DNA of 55,457 bases from a virus: positions 1 to 55,457 of the IMG/VR virus record IMGVR_UViG_3300009156_000034. One strand, 5' to 3'. The position numbers and the translations under genes are program-made. Position 1 is the stretch's first letter. Each line of letters begins with the position of its first letter. Of this stretch, positions 24,308 through 33,800 are shown piece by piece. The notes under the pieces were generated by a model. The model was not told where the DNA came from. It worked only from the letters and a program-made list of their open reading frames with translations, and searched no databases.

Positions 24308-24623
24308 GGCGCACCCTCGGCTTCTGGTCCTCGTCCTTGAATGCCGAGATGAAGGCGGTTAGCTCCTTCAGCTCCACCTTCCCGGTGGCGATGAGGTCGG
24401 AGACGTACTCCTGGTCCTCATCCTGGACCACCATGGATTCCAGGATGTCGAACATACGAGCGGCCCCGGTCACCTTCCGGGCGTTGTCGGCATGGTCCTG
24501 TTGCAGGACCCGTGATTCACGAGCCAGGAGGGCGAGCTGAGCCCCCTCCAGCATCCTGATCACTACCTGGCGGCCTTTGATGTCAACGATTCGGGTGTCT
24601 CTACCTGGATCGGGTTCAGTCAT
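24279..24623 (-). CDS. Tail assembly chaperone (G-like, 114 aa)
   Basis: Size, acidic centre, basic tail and position directly upstream of the T-like ORF and the tape measure. Confidence 0.6.
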   Translation of the reverse strand: MTEPDPGRDTRIVDIKGRQVVIRMLEGAQLALLARESRVLQQDHADNARKVTGAARMFDILESMVVQDEDQEYVSDLIATGKVELKELTAFISAFKDEDQKPRVRRGRPPTKRS

Positions 24624-24640
24624 GTAATCAGATCCTCGCG

Positions 24641-25126
24641 TTAGAAGGTGAGGACCCTCATCCGGTGCCGGCGTGCGGCGTTACGGAGGGGCTCGGTTAG
24701 GTACTTCTTACCAGACTTGATACCAGGGTGGGAGATCCCTAACTTCGACGGACTGCCGGGGATCTGTGGCAGGTACACCACATGACCAGCCTTACGCCAG
24801 AAGAACCGGAGCTGAGGCCGGCGACGGCTACCGAATCTATAAATGCCGGTGTAGCCCCTGGGGAAGATGGGGTGGATCTCTGCACCGTCATGCACGGAGG
24901 CAGCGTACGGGAGGTCAGTACCCACGCTCCCTCGGACGCTGGATCCAAAGACGAAGGGACCCCTCGTGTTAATGCTTTCGGCTAGGTGTCCGGTTGAGTA
25001 CGGACCACCCGCCGCCATGATCTTAGCCTCGAACTGGATCTCGTACAGGACCTGGGTGATCAACCTGACTGCAATTTCGTTGCTCTGCACACGGACCACA
25101 GCATGGTTGATTCGGACGGTGGCCAT
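24641..25126 (-). CDS. HK97 gp10-like neck/tail-terminator protein
   Basis: AKIMAAGGPYSTGHLAESI ... DLPYAASVHDGA matches the gp10-family pattern (AP..TG.L..SI ... YA..VE.G). Confidence 0.55.
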   Translation of the reverse strand: MATVRINHAVVRVQSNEIAVRLITQVLYEIQFEAKIMAAGGPYSTGHLAESINTRGPFVFGSSVRGSVGTDLPYAASVHDGAEIHPIFPRGYTGIYRFGSRRRPQLRFFWRKAGHVVYLPQIPGSPSKLGISHPGIKSGKKYLTEPLRNAARRHRMRVLTF

Positions 25127-25132
25127 CGAAGA

Positions 25133-25684
25133 TCAGCAATCACAATTCGGAATCTGGATTGCTATATTGAAATACCTCTCTACACACCCGCCTTGCGGGG
25201 TTCCCTGCACCTGGCGCTCCATCACCACCGACATCCCCAGGAACAGCTCATCGTTGGTGGTCACGTAGTCCCGGATGCAGCACTGGGTCCGACGCAGAGT
25301 GAGCCCGTCGTACACGTTCTGGAGGAAAGCAGCATTCCAGTCGTCACAGGTAGGTGGGCTCTCATCCCCCGTGGGGGCACACCTGATGATGCCAACCTTG
25401 AAGTATTGAGCCCATGAAGGTGGAGCACATACAGTGTTGGCCTGCCTGACAATGTCCTGCTCGGGGAAAGATGCTGAGGAAGGGAAGGTGTCACCTAAGG
25501 CAACATAGGCGATACCTTCACAGCAAAGATCGGTCCACACTCCAGCATCATGAGCAATCTCCACCCCGACCCGGAAACAACAATGTTGGGGAGGGTTGGG
25601 CTGAAGTTGAGTCTGGGCACAGAGACAAGCCAACAGTTGGTTGGCTAAGGGAAGGACGAACTGGTCTTCAGCCATTAGGGCCAC
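25133..25684 (-). CDS. Cys-rich head-tail connector protein (183 aa)
   Basis: Called from its position between the adaptor-like and gp10-like genes. It has 16 Cys. Confidence 0.4.
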   Translation of the reverse strand: MALMAEDQFVLPLANQLLACLCAQTQLQPNPPQHCCFRVGVEIAHDAGVWTDLCCEGIAYVALGDTFPSSASFPEQDIVRQANTVCAPPSWAQYFKVGIIRCAPTGDESPPTCDDWNAAFLQNVYDGLTLRRTQCCIRDYVTTNDELFLGMSVVMERQVQGTPQGGCVERYFNIAIQIPNCDC

Positions 25685-26505
25685 GTCGTAGTTCTGGTGA
25701 CGGGATCATCAGGTGACGCTATCCCCATGCGACTGACCAGGCCATATGGGTTGAAGTTTCTTATCACCTGGTCCACGGTTTGTACTCCGGTGAGCCCCAT
25801 CTTCAACAGGTCGTCCACGTTAACCATGGAGATGGACACACCCTGCCTGGCAACAGAGGTAACCCTTTGTGGGAGCCGACAGGGGAGTCCGAGGCAGGAT
25901 TTTATCCACTCGCAGGCAAGTTCTCCGGCCGCGTTTTTCAACACATTGGGGACCGCGATGCCTTGGTAATACTCCACGATCAAAGTGTCGGCACCCTCAT
26001 CGAGGTTGTAGTTCTGGCATTGGATCCAGCAGTCATCAGTGGACTCATTGTGGGTACGGACCAACCATCTCCCGTTATCCACCCGGTAGGTGTTGGGGTC
26101 AACCGTCACACCATCTTGGGTAACCGAGATGATGGAGTGAACCGGGGCCGGGAGATACAGCTCGCACTCGGGCGCACAGGAGCAGCAACCGGATAAGCCA
26201 TTACAGCCACACCAGCAGTTACGCCAGGCCCCGTTGAAGATATAGGGCAGCCAGGTGCCCTCGGACCAGTAGTAGCCGTAGGTGCCCTGGTTATTACACG
26301 TTCGACCGCAGGGACGGGCGGTGCGGGGGCACAGACCGAACCGGCGACCGGTGGCGGCCCATACCGTGAAGGCCCCGTATTCGAGCCCCGCCAGGATGGT
26401 GGCCTCGCTGGCGCTGCCACTGACCTCGGGGCAGCAGGCTGACACCTCAATGTCCCAGCCTGAGCACGGCAAAACGGGAGACGCGATGTATACGTCAACC
26501 ATCAC
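25675..26505 (-). CDS. Cys-rich head-to-tail adaptor-like protein (276 aa)
   Basis: CPRTARPCGRTC...CWCGCNGLSGCCSCAPECELYLPAPVHSIISVTQDGVTVDPNTYRVDNGRWLVR resembles actinophage adaptor proteins (..L..PV..V..V..DG..). Confidence 0.45.
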   Translation of the reverse strand: MMVDVYIASPVLPCSGWDIEVSACCPEVSGSASEATILAGLEYGAFTVWAATGRRFGLCPRTARPCGRTCNNQGTYGYYWSEGTWLPYIFNGAWRNCWCGCNGLSGCCSCAPECELYLPAPVHSIISVTQDGVTVDPNTYRVDNGRWLVRTHNESTDDCWIQCQNYNLDEGADTLIVEYYQGIAVPNVLKNAAGELACEWIKSCLGLPCRLPQRVTSVARQGVSISMVNVDDLLKMGLTGVQTVDQVIRNFNPYGLVSRMGIASPDDPVTRTTTWP

Positions 26506-26544
26506 GCCTCCCGTTCATCAAACCGCCAAGCCGTCACTTCCAGA

Positions 26545-27255
26545 CTACGGAGTCAGGTCAGCCAGAGTCTGGCAACCGCAGACGGCGGTCGGTGGTGCCA
26601 GCCGAGTGAGGAACATCCGGCTGTGCTCCGTGGACCTGATGGCCGTCAGGAGCGGGATCTGAGTGGTGGAGCCGGCCGGGTTGTCGGAGTAGTCCACCAT
26701 GTACGGGCCAAGGCCCCACGGTGACGTGCTCTTGGTCCGGGCGTTGCTCACCACGAAGTTGGCGGCACCGTTCTCGTAGGTGATATCACCAACGGTGCCC
26801 TCAACCACCCACGGGAAGACGGTGTAGCCGTACTCCTGGCCACCCGTGCAGGAGACCCCGGCACCGCTGATGCGGGTCCAGGTCTCCAGCGCGAAGTTGG
26901 CACTGGCGGTGGCACCCTCGTCGGTGGAGTAGCCCACCGCGTTGGGTGAAGAGGCATCGTCGTAGACCCGCTGCTCGCCCGTCATGATGTAGACCAGGTC
27001 CGGGTCCACGTTGCAGAACGTCAGGGTCAGGTTGAGCCACTTCAGGATCGGTGGGTTGGTCTCCCGCACGCAGAAGGTACCGTCACCGTTCTTGACGAAG
27101 AACTCTTCCCGCTCCTCGTATTCCTTGGTCATCTCGATGGAGATGATTCCATCCGTCACCACGGTGGAGCACCCGGTGACCGGTACACCACAGGAACTCA
27201 GCAACGTGGCGCGAACCCGGGGGACTTTCCACGGGGTAAAACACACCGTAGTCAT
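26545..27255 (-). CDS. Putative major tail (tube) protein (236 aa)
   Basis: The beta-rich pattern DGIISIEMTKEYEEREEFFVKNGDGTFCV..LNLTLTFCNVDPDLVYIMTG recalls tail tube proteins. Its position upstream of the connector genes is atypical. Confidence 0.35.
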   Translation of the reverse strand: MTTVCFTPWKVPRVRATLLSSCGVPVTGCSTVVTDGIISIEMTKEYEEREEFFVKNGDGTFCVRETNPPILKWLNLTLTFCNVDPDLVYIMTGEQRVYDDASSPNAVGYSTDEGATASANFALETWTRISGAGVSCTGGQEYGYTVFPWVVEGTVGDITYENGAANFVVSNARTKSTSPWGLGPYMVDYSDNPAGSTTQIPLLTAIRSTEHSRMFLTRLAPPTAVCGCQTLADLTP

Positions 27256-27458
27256 GTTGACTTCTCCTTCTTCTTCGGCTCTATAGGCGACGAAGAATCA
27301 AGGGACTGGTACGTGAGGTAACGCTCGTACAACTCATCAGGAACCACCACGGCTGGCCCATCAAAGTCCGTGGTGGTTTTTACGTCTTTAGGGTTGTCGG
27401 CCAGGTCCAACAGCACCTTGAGAGTCCAGTTGCTGTCGTAGTGGACAACGGTGGTCAT
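27252..27458 (-). CDS. Hypothetical protein (68 aa)
   Basis: ORF coupled to both neighbours. Confidence 0.5.
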   Translation of the reverse strand: MTTVVHYDSNWTLKVLLDLADNPKDVKTTTDFDGPAVVVPDELYERYLTYQSLDSSSPIEPKKKEKST

Positions 27459-28316
27459 TTACACCACCCCTGTAGTAGCGCAGGAGCGGGTAACGGCCGT
27501 GGTCCAGACACCACATTCGACCGCAGCGGCGAAAATCTTTTCACCCACCAGGTTCAGTTCATTGGTGCTCTTGTTCAGCACCTGACCTGGCGGTGGGATG
27601 AAGACTTCCGCGTCCTGCCAGATGGCGATACGGCCGGAGGCGTACATGTACTCCACCGTGGCCGTCACCGCCTCGCCGGCCGGACCAGTGCCGTCGTAAC
27701 CCTCACCGAACACCACCGGGGTGTACCGCTTGGTGACACAGCTCCGTCCAGGCCCCTTCTCCAGGAGGTGGGCCTGAGCCAGATGTGAGGCCATGTAGGG
27801 CCGTGCGTGGATCAGGCCACCCACGATCCCGTTGTCGGCCAGGGCCTGCTCCAGCTTCGCCACCGCGTCGGTGACACAGGCGCTAGCACCCAGGTCGGTG
27901 GCGTTGCGGAACAGACCAGCGATGACACCACGGTCATTGCCGAGGGTGGTACCGGACCAGACTCGCTTCTCCACCGCCCGCTGCTCGTGCAGTGCCATCC
28001 GGGTCCGGACCCGTTCTGCCGCCTCCTCGAAGGAGAAGCCGACCGGGCCACAGGAGTAGGAAGCAACCACACCGAACGGGGCACCGGAGATGGCCGCCTC
28101 CACGCCCATGAACGTCTTGGATCCGGAGACCGCAGGGCAGTTCATGGCGTAGAGGTAGATGCCGTCTTCACAGGTGTCCGGGACGTACTGGACACCGCCA
28201 CCTACCGAGTTCGCGGATGGGAACGGCATCGGCCCCAACGCCACGTCGAACAGACCGTACGGCCTCGGCGGTGGGGGCGGTGCAGTGAGTAGTAACTGCG
28301 GAGGGGGGTTGGCCAC
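27459..28316 (-). CDS. HK97-fold capsid-like protein (285 aa, no delta domain)
   Basis: By eye, the C-terminal half aligns with HK97 gp5 blocks: GIVGGLIHARPYMASHL vs SGIVLNPRDWHNIAL, TPVVFGEGY vs LPVVPTKAQ, and NKSTNELNLVGEKIFAAAVE vs DNFVKNMLTILCEERLALA. Confidence 0.45.
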   Translation of the reverse strand: MANPPPQLLLTAPPPPPRPYGLFDVALGPMPFPSANSVGGGVQYVPDTCEDGIYLYAMNCPAVSGSKTFMGVEAAISGAPFGVVASYSCGPVGFSFEEAAERVRTRMALHEQRAVEKRVWSGTTLGNDRGVIAGLFRNATDLGASACVTDAVAKLEQALADNGIVGGLIHARPYMASHLAQAHLLEKGPGRSCVTKRYTPVVFGEGYDGTGPAGEAVTATVEYMYASGRIAIWQDAEVFIPPPGQVLNKSTNELNLVGEKIFAAAVECGVWTTAVTRSCATTGVV

Positions 28317-28346
28317 CTGGATCTCCTTCCATGCCTAGTGGCTGGA

Positions 28347-28370
28347 GGGGGGCCGGTTACCCGACCCCCC
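28347..28370 (-). terminator. GC-rich hairpin directly after the large capsid gene (possible attenuator)
   Basis: GGGGGGCCGG-TTAC-CCGACCCCCC forms 9 of 10 pairs. No U-tract follows, so it is not a classic intrinsic terminator. Confidence 0.3.
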
Positions 28371-28378
28371 TAGGAGAC

Positions 28379-30115
28379 CTAGCAGGTCACAACCCGCTGG
28401 AGGCCAGTTGAACCACTCGGGCAGATACCGACCGTGTAGACCCTGGAGACCGGGCACATCTTCACCATGGCCCAACCCGTCTCTGTGAAGAGGTGGGTCA
28501 CCTGGTTGGTGGCCAGCTTCGTGGAGTCGTACACCGAGTTGAGCGTGATCACGTCGTTGACTGCCCGGATCCAAGTACCGGCCGGGTAGACCAGGAACTG
28601 GAGCGAGGTCGGCAGCGAGGTGATCGGGGTGTCCGAACCGGGCGAGCCGGACGCTGCACAGGTAGCGAAGGCGTCCTGCCAGTCGTACACGTACTGGACC
28701 CGGGCACCACGGCAGGAGAACGCTGACGTGATAGCCGCGTCCGCCAGGCAGAGGGCTTCTGGGCCACCGCCGACTGCGTTACGCCGGATCCAGTCCGCCC
28801 GCATCTGGGCACCGATCCAGAACGGCATAACCACTTCGAGCGTGGCGTTGCGCTGCATCCGGAGGCGGTACTTGATGTCCACAATGGCCATCTCCACCGC
28901 CGACAGGACCTGGCTGACCACCGAAGCGTCCGTGGCCCACGGTGCCAGTGCGGTCAGAGCCACCGCCGTGGAGCCGGTCACCACATCCGCGATCTGCTCC
29001 TTGTTGATCTGGTGCGCCGAAGCGGCCAGAGCACCACGGGTGAACGCGGCCGTGAACTCCGGGTATCCCCGCGTGGCCAGGATGTTGCCGGTGAGGCAGA
29101 GCCCGGTGACGCCGAGCCGGGTGTCCTCGAAGGACGGGCACGGAATCTCCAGACAGGTCTTCGTGGTGCCGGAAGCCACCTGGGCCTCAGTCAGGTCGAA
29201 GAAGCCAGTCGGGCTGTCGCAGGAACCGCCACCGAAGATCGAGTCGAACTCGATACCGGTGTTGTGCCGGATGCCGCCACGACGGGCCTGCACCTCGGGT
29301 GCGTCGAATAGACCGTCCGTGGTGATCTGGAGACAGATGTCGTAGTCCGTCTCGGACGGGGCACACCATCCTTGCGCCGCCACCAGGGCGTCACGCTCCG
29401 GGTGGTTGGCCTGGATCTCCTTGTACCGCTGCTCCACCGAACGGATCAGGGAGCCACCCGGGAGCCGGGTCTCGTCCATGACCTTGAGCAGCTTCGGGTA
29501 GTCCGTCTCGTCGCCCTGGAGGGAGAACTCGTCCGGGTAGTCGCGGACAAGCTGAGCCACCGGGTACATGATCGGACCCTCACCCCGGCCACCGCTCATG
29601 CGGCCGTGGCTGGATGAGCGGGACTCGAACGCCTTGGCAACTTCCAGGAGCGTGTCGAGCGGGGCACCGGCCTCGTAGTTGGGCACGCCGGCCGCTGCGA
29701 CCAGGGCCGAGTAGCGGGGGCGGTTGCTGACCGGGATGTTCGGCTCCGGTGCCGTGCCCACCAGGTCCACGATCTTCACCTTGGTGGCTGAGCCGTTGGC
29801 ACTGGTGGTTGCGGAGGCGACGATTGCCGGTTCCGGCTCTGGGTCCGGCTCAGGCTCCGGGTCACCCTCGGGCTCCGGGTCCGGCTCGGTGAGTGCGGAG
29901 AAGCGGTCCTTCTTGCTCTCCCGCTTGGCAAGTTCAGCCGGCACCTTGACTCGGGTGAACTCCTGGAGCTGCTCCAGGTGGTCAAGCACCTCATCGGGGC
30001 TATCCGCAGACGCCGACGCGATGAGGGAGTCAAACTCCGTCTTGGCCTGGTGCTTGAGGTCCTCTAGTCCAGCAACGCTGAACTGGTTCAGAGATTCAGG
30101 AATCTGGAAAGTCAT
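28379..30115 (-). CDS. Major capsid protein candidate with N-terminal scaffold-like domain (578 aa)
   Basis: N-terminal coiled coil followed by a PEPEGDPEPEPDPEPEP linker. Body segments include GWCAPSETDYDI, LFDAPEVQARRGGIRHN and a C-terminal block LQFLVYPAGTWIRAVNDVITLNSVYDSTKLATNQVTHLFTE, typical of capsid proteins. A 102-nt untranslated leader lies upstream. Confidence 0.6.
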   Translation of the reverse strand: MTFQIPESLNQFSVAGLEDLKHQAKTEFDSLIASASADSPDEVLDHLEQLQEFTRVKVPAELAKRESKKDRFSALTEPDPEPEGDPEPEPDPEPEPAIVASATTSANGSATKVKIVDLVGTAPEPNIPVSNRPRYSALVAAAGVPNYEAGAPLDTLLEVAKAFESRSSSHGRMSGGRGEGPIMYPVAQLVRDYPDEFSLQGDETDYPKLLKVMDETRLPGGSLIRSVEQRYKEIQANHPERDALVAAQGWCAPSETDYDICLQITTDGLFDAPEVQARRGGIRHNTGIEFDSIFGGGSCDSPTGFFDLTEAQVASGTTKTCLEIPCPSFEDTRLGVTGLCLTGNILATRGYPEFTAAFTRGALAASAHQINKEQIADVVTGSTAVALTALAPWATDASVVSQVLSAVEMAIVDIKYRLRMQRNATLEVVMPFWIGAQMRADWIRRNAVGGGPEALCLADAAITSAFSCRGARVQYVYDWQDAFATCAASGSPGSDTPITSLPTSLQFLVYPAGTWIRAVNDVITLNSVYDSTKLATNQVTHLFTETGWAMVKMCPVSRVYTVGICPSGSTGLQRVVTC

Positions 30116-30217
30116 TGCTGGGTCCTTACTCAGGAAGTGTCGTTAACTTCCCGGCAGGCCCACAGCCGTCACCGGAGATCCTGGCGCTCAGCTCAGGATG
30201 CGATCAAGGCGAGAGTA

Positions 30218-30373
30218 TCACCTAGTTGGGGAAAAGGTACCCCCACCGGCCTTTGTTACCTCAACCCGGGCGTCGTGCTCACTGTCCACCGTCTTACGGG
30301 TGCCGTTGGGCAGGATCACCTCGTACTTCTGTCCGGGGGCGGCAGGTGTACTCCCGTTACAGGCGCATGGCAT
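30218..30373 (-). CDS. Small protein (51 aa), below the ORF-track cutoff
   Basis: Internal ATG of ORF 30218..30490, preceded by AAGGAGTAAATCA. Protein MPCACNGSTPAAPGQKYEVILPNGTRKTVDSEHDARVEVTKAGGGTFSPTR. Confidence 0.4.
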   Translation of the reverse strand: MPCACNGSTPAAPGQKYEVILPNGTRKTVDSEHDARVEVTKAGGGTFSPTR

Positions 30374-30377
30374 TGAT

Positions 30378-30656
30378 TTACTCCTTCTTCGACCTTCGGA
30401 CCCATTGTGTGATGTCGCGGATGAGATCAGCCTTTGAGGCGTCAGTATCTTCCGTTGGGTCATACGCCCTCCGGATCTCAAGAAGCTCAACCTTGGTCAG
30501 CTTCTTCCTACCTTCCTCGGCAGCCTCGTTCATTCGCCATGCTGTGGTTGGACTGAGGTCCCGGGGACCTGGCGGTGGTGGTGGCGCATCGAGGATCTGG
30601 GCCTCTTCGTCCACGAACCGTTTGGCGAAGTCACGGTACTCAAGCGGGAGGGTCAT
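30378..30656 (-). CDS. Hypothetical protein (92 aa)
   Basis: The ATG overlaps the stop of the upstream mini-gene (TGATG). Confidence 0.55.
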   Translation of the reverse strand: MTLPLEYRDFAKRFVDEEAQILDAPPPPPGPRDLSPTTAWRMNEAAEEGRKKLTKVELLEIRRAYDPTEDTDASKADLIRDITQWVRRSKKE

Positions 30657-30832
30657 CACTCAGCCTTAGCGGTTGCGTAGTGCAGCACGGCCTGAGCCCA
30701 GACAGGGAGGTCCTTGACCGTTTTAGCTTTTTCTCCCGCCTTGATGAGCTGGAGCAGGCCAGGATCGTCGGTCTCCAGGTCCAGGACTGCCTTGACCACG
30801 GCGATTGCTCGTGAAATGTCAGGTGTTATCAC
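30656..30832 (-). CDS. Small protein (58 aa), not in the ORF track
   Basis: Hand translation from a GTG that overlaps the polyvalent-protein stop (GTGA): VITPDISRAIAVVKAVLDLETDDPGLLQLIKAGEKAKTVKDLPVWAQAVLHYATAKAE. Confidence 0.45.
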   Translation of the reverse strand: MITPDISRAIAVVKAVLDLETDDPGLLQLIKAGEKAKTVKDLPVWAQAVLHYATAKAE

Positions 30833-33800
30833 CCTGCCTCCTGTACATAGGTTGCGGTGCGGTTGAGGATCACATAAATCTTGGAGGTTGCCGGTGCCCC
30901 AGTAAAGAGCCCCGGCTCATCCACCCTGATTGCATCGTAGCCGAGCAAGGCTGCCCGTCGCCCGTAGTCAGCCAGGACTCGGCTACGGCCACTGAGTCGA
31001 GCAGAAAGCTGGTCGTACTTCTCCATTACGGCAGTGATACCAACAATGTCGTTCGGGTCCAGTTTGTCTAGTTCAGCTTGCCGTGCAGCTTGTAGGTCCT
31101 TGGCTGCCTGGCTACCCCCACCGGCAGTCGTCATCTTCCGGAGTTCTTCCGACCCAATAATCCGGGCGTCACGTCGCAGTGCTATGCGAAGGACTCCTTC
31201 ATCATTGCCACTGGCGTAACCCAGGGCCGTTCTCCGGTCGGTAGCGGAGTAACTGCCGTTGCCATAGATGCCAAGGCCGGGGTAGTAGTCACCGGACCGG
31301 TAACGCTCAGCCAGCTCGGCTGCGGAGTAGTCTCCGTGACTGCTAATTCCACGGTGAACCTCGATGCCACCGTCACGAACGACCTCATCCATACGTTCCT
31401 TGGTGACAACTTCTGGTGGTCCGTTGTAGCCCTGCTCCTGGTAGATCCGGCCAAGCCAGATGTCACCAACACCTCTCGATCCCAGTGAATGGCCACTAGT
31501 GCTCTTAACTGTCGCGTCGTAGTCGAAATCATCAATGAGCTTCTGCCCACGGACGCCAGCAATGTCACGCTGGTTCGGCAGAACCTCCATGATGACGACC
31601 GGGATGTCGCCGGAGTCATCAACCCGGACCACCCGGAACTGTTGCCCTCGCGGCAGGAGTGCCTCCTGGACCCCTTCGTGACCCAGGGCGGCATGGGTAC
31701 CAGCCGGGGCCAGAATCTTGAACAGCATCGGCTTACGCCCCGAGGGGAAGTCACCACGACTCTTGCGCCAGCCGATGATCCGGCGAGCCCCCTGCTCATC
31801 AAAGGAGGTGGAGACGAAGCCTGCATCGGTGTAGATGGCCCCAGGAACCAGCCTGCGGTAGTCGGCATTAGCCGTGATGGCACTGCGCCACAGAACCGAG
31901 TCCCTGTCGATCACACTGTCAGCGATGGCCGAATCCAGGCCGATCTGAACCTCATCCAGGTCAACGGTTCCCGTTGGCGTGGTCCCGGTTCCGTGGAGGT
32001 TGCGACCCTTGCGCAGTGACCCGTTCAGTTGGTCTGCCACCGCCGCCATCATGTACAGGTCGAGGGCCTTGTTCTCCTTGTCGGTCAAGCCAGGACGGCG
32101 TTGTCCTTCCTGGATCAGTTCGGCAATTGGCCTGCCGCGCTTGTGGGTCAGCTCAGTGGGGATGGACTCGCCACGGTGTTTTAGTGCGTGCTTCACGTAG
32201 CGGGCCTGGAACCGCTGCTCCTCGATCGGGACCGGGTCACCGAGGACGGTGCCGCCGAGGGTCTTGAATCTGGGCTTCGGTGGGACCTTGGCCTTCTCCA
32301 GGGCATCGGCAAGCCGCTCCACCGCCGTGGCCGCATCGTCGGCCTTGGCGATGTAGGAATCCATCTCTGCTTTACGGGCAGGATTCTGGGCCATTGGGTG
32401 CCTGCCCTTTATGGCATCCTTCTTAACCTCCCGCCAGCGTGCCGCCGTCTCCCGCATACGTTTGACCAGCTTGGCCCGGGGGTGACGTGGATCGAAGCCT
32501 TGCTCAGCCTCCTCTTCCCAGTAATGGAAGGCGTTATGGAACGGGTTCTCATCTTCGTACCTACGCCGCATCTCGCCAGGGTTGGCGGTTCCTCCATAAA
32601 GGGCGGTGCCGGCGTGCCAGGTGGGGGCACCCTCTTCGGGGCTCCATCGGTCCCAGTCAACTCCACTAGTCTCACCAGCCAGCTTGCGTAGGTCCACGTT
32701 CCCCTGGTCGTTGATGTACTCAGGCTTACCCTTCCTCTTCTTCCCCAGGTCGTCAGCCAGGTGACGAAGCGTCTCAGCATCCTCTTTGGACTCAGTCTTC
32801 AGGGCATCCAGGCGCAGACGCCTGGCTACTACCTTGGTGTCATCACCGTTGGCAATGCTCTGAGCTGCCCGGTGAAGCGGGGTCCAGTCCAGAGCCGGTG
32901 CCCGACGACCCATGTCACTGAGTCGCCCGAATAGGTCCTGGAGAGCGTCCTGCGGGTCCTTATCAGGCTCCAGGGCATCGGCAATGTCGTGGTCCATCAG
33001 ATCCGGCAGCACCTTCTTCAGGTCTGCCTGAATCTCGTCGTTGGCAATGAGTTCCTCAACCTCAGCCCGGGTCAGCCACTTGGCATCCACTGTGTCCTTG
33101 TGGCTGGGCTTGACATCGAACATCCGTGGTGAGTCAGCCACCAGGGACGTGTACGTCCAGCCGTGCGGGTCTGGAAGAGTTTTATGCTGGCCAGCCGGAG
33201 ACAACCGCTCTAGGTCGGCCTCGCTGACACCGATCTCCTCCTGCATCTCCCGGGCCGTGCCCTGGTACACCGTCTCCAAACTGTTTCGGGCACCGCCCGG
33301 CAGTTGCCACTTACCTTTGGCATCAGCCTTTTCCGAGGTTTTGACGAGCAGGTACCGGGGCTCTTGGTCATCACCACGAGCCCGGACCAGGGCACCGGAG
33401 GCTCCGTAGTATCCCCATGGTGCGTCAGGGCCAAGCCGACCGTCACCACTGGATCCTCGTTCACCTGGGGGGAGCACGGTGAACTGGTCGTTGGGGTCCG
33501 GCCTCGTGATGCGAGCCTCAGGTACCCGCTTAGGTGCCGCCTTAGCTGGTGCCACCTTCTTTGCCGGGACCCGCTTGGCTGGCCCCTCACCACGAAGGGC
33601 TGCCTTGATCTTGTCCTTGGTCCAGGACGCCCCAACCGGGACACCCCTCTTGCCGGCCTCAGCTACCAGCTCCTTCTGGGTCATCTGATCCAGGTCAGTG
33701 GCGTCACGGGCTGGCTTAGCTGGGGCCGCTTTCTTTGCCGGTGCAGCCTTCTTGACAGGTACTGGTGCAGCGCCAGGAAGCGGGCGAGGTGACTGATCCG

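Noticed and set aside
24279-24360. Search for a canonical -1 slippery heptamer for a G/GT chaperone fusion
   Set aside because: The downstream frame is +1 relative to the upstream frame, and no XXXYYYZ sequence occurs in the short window where both frames are open.
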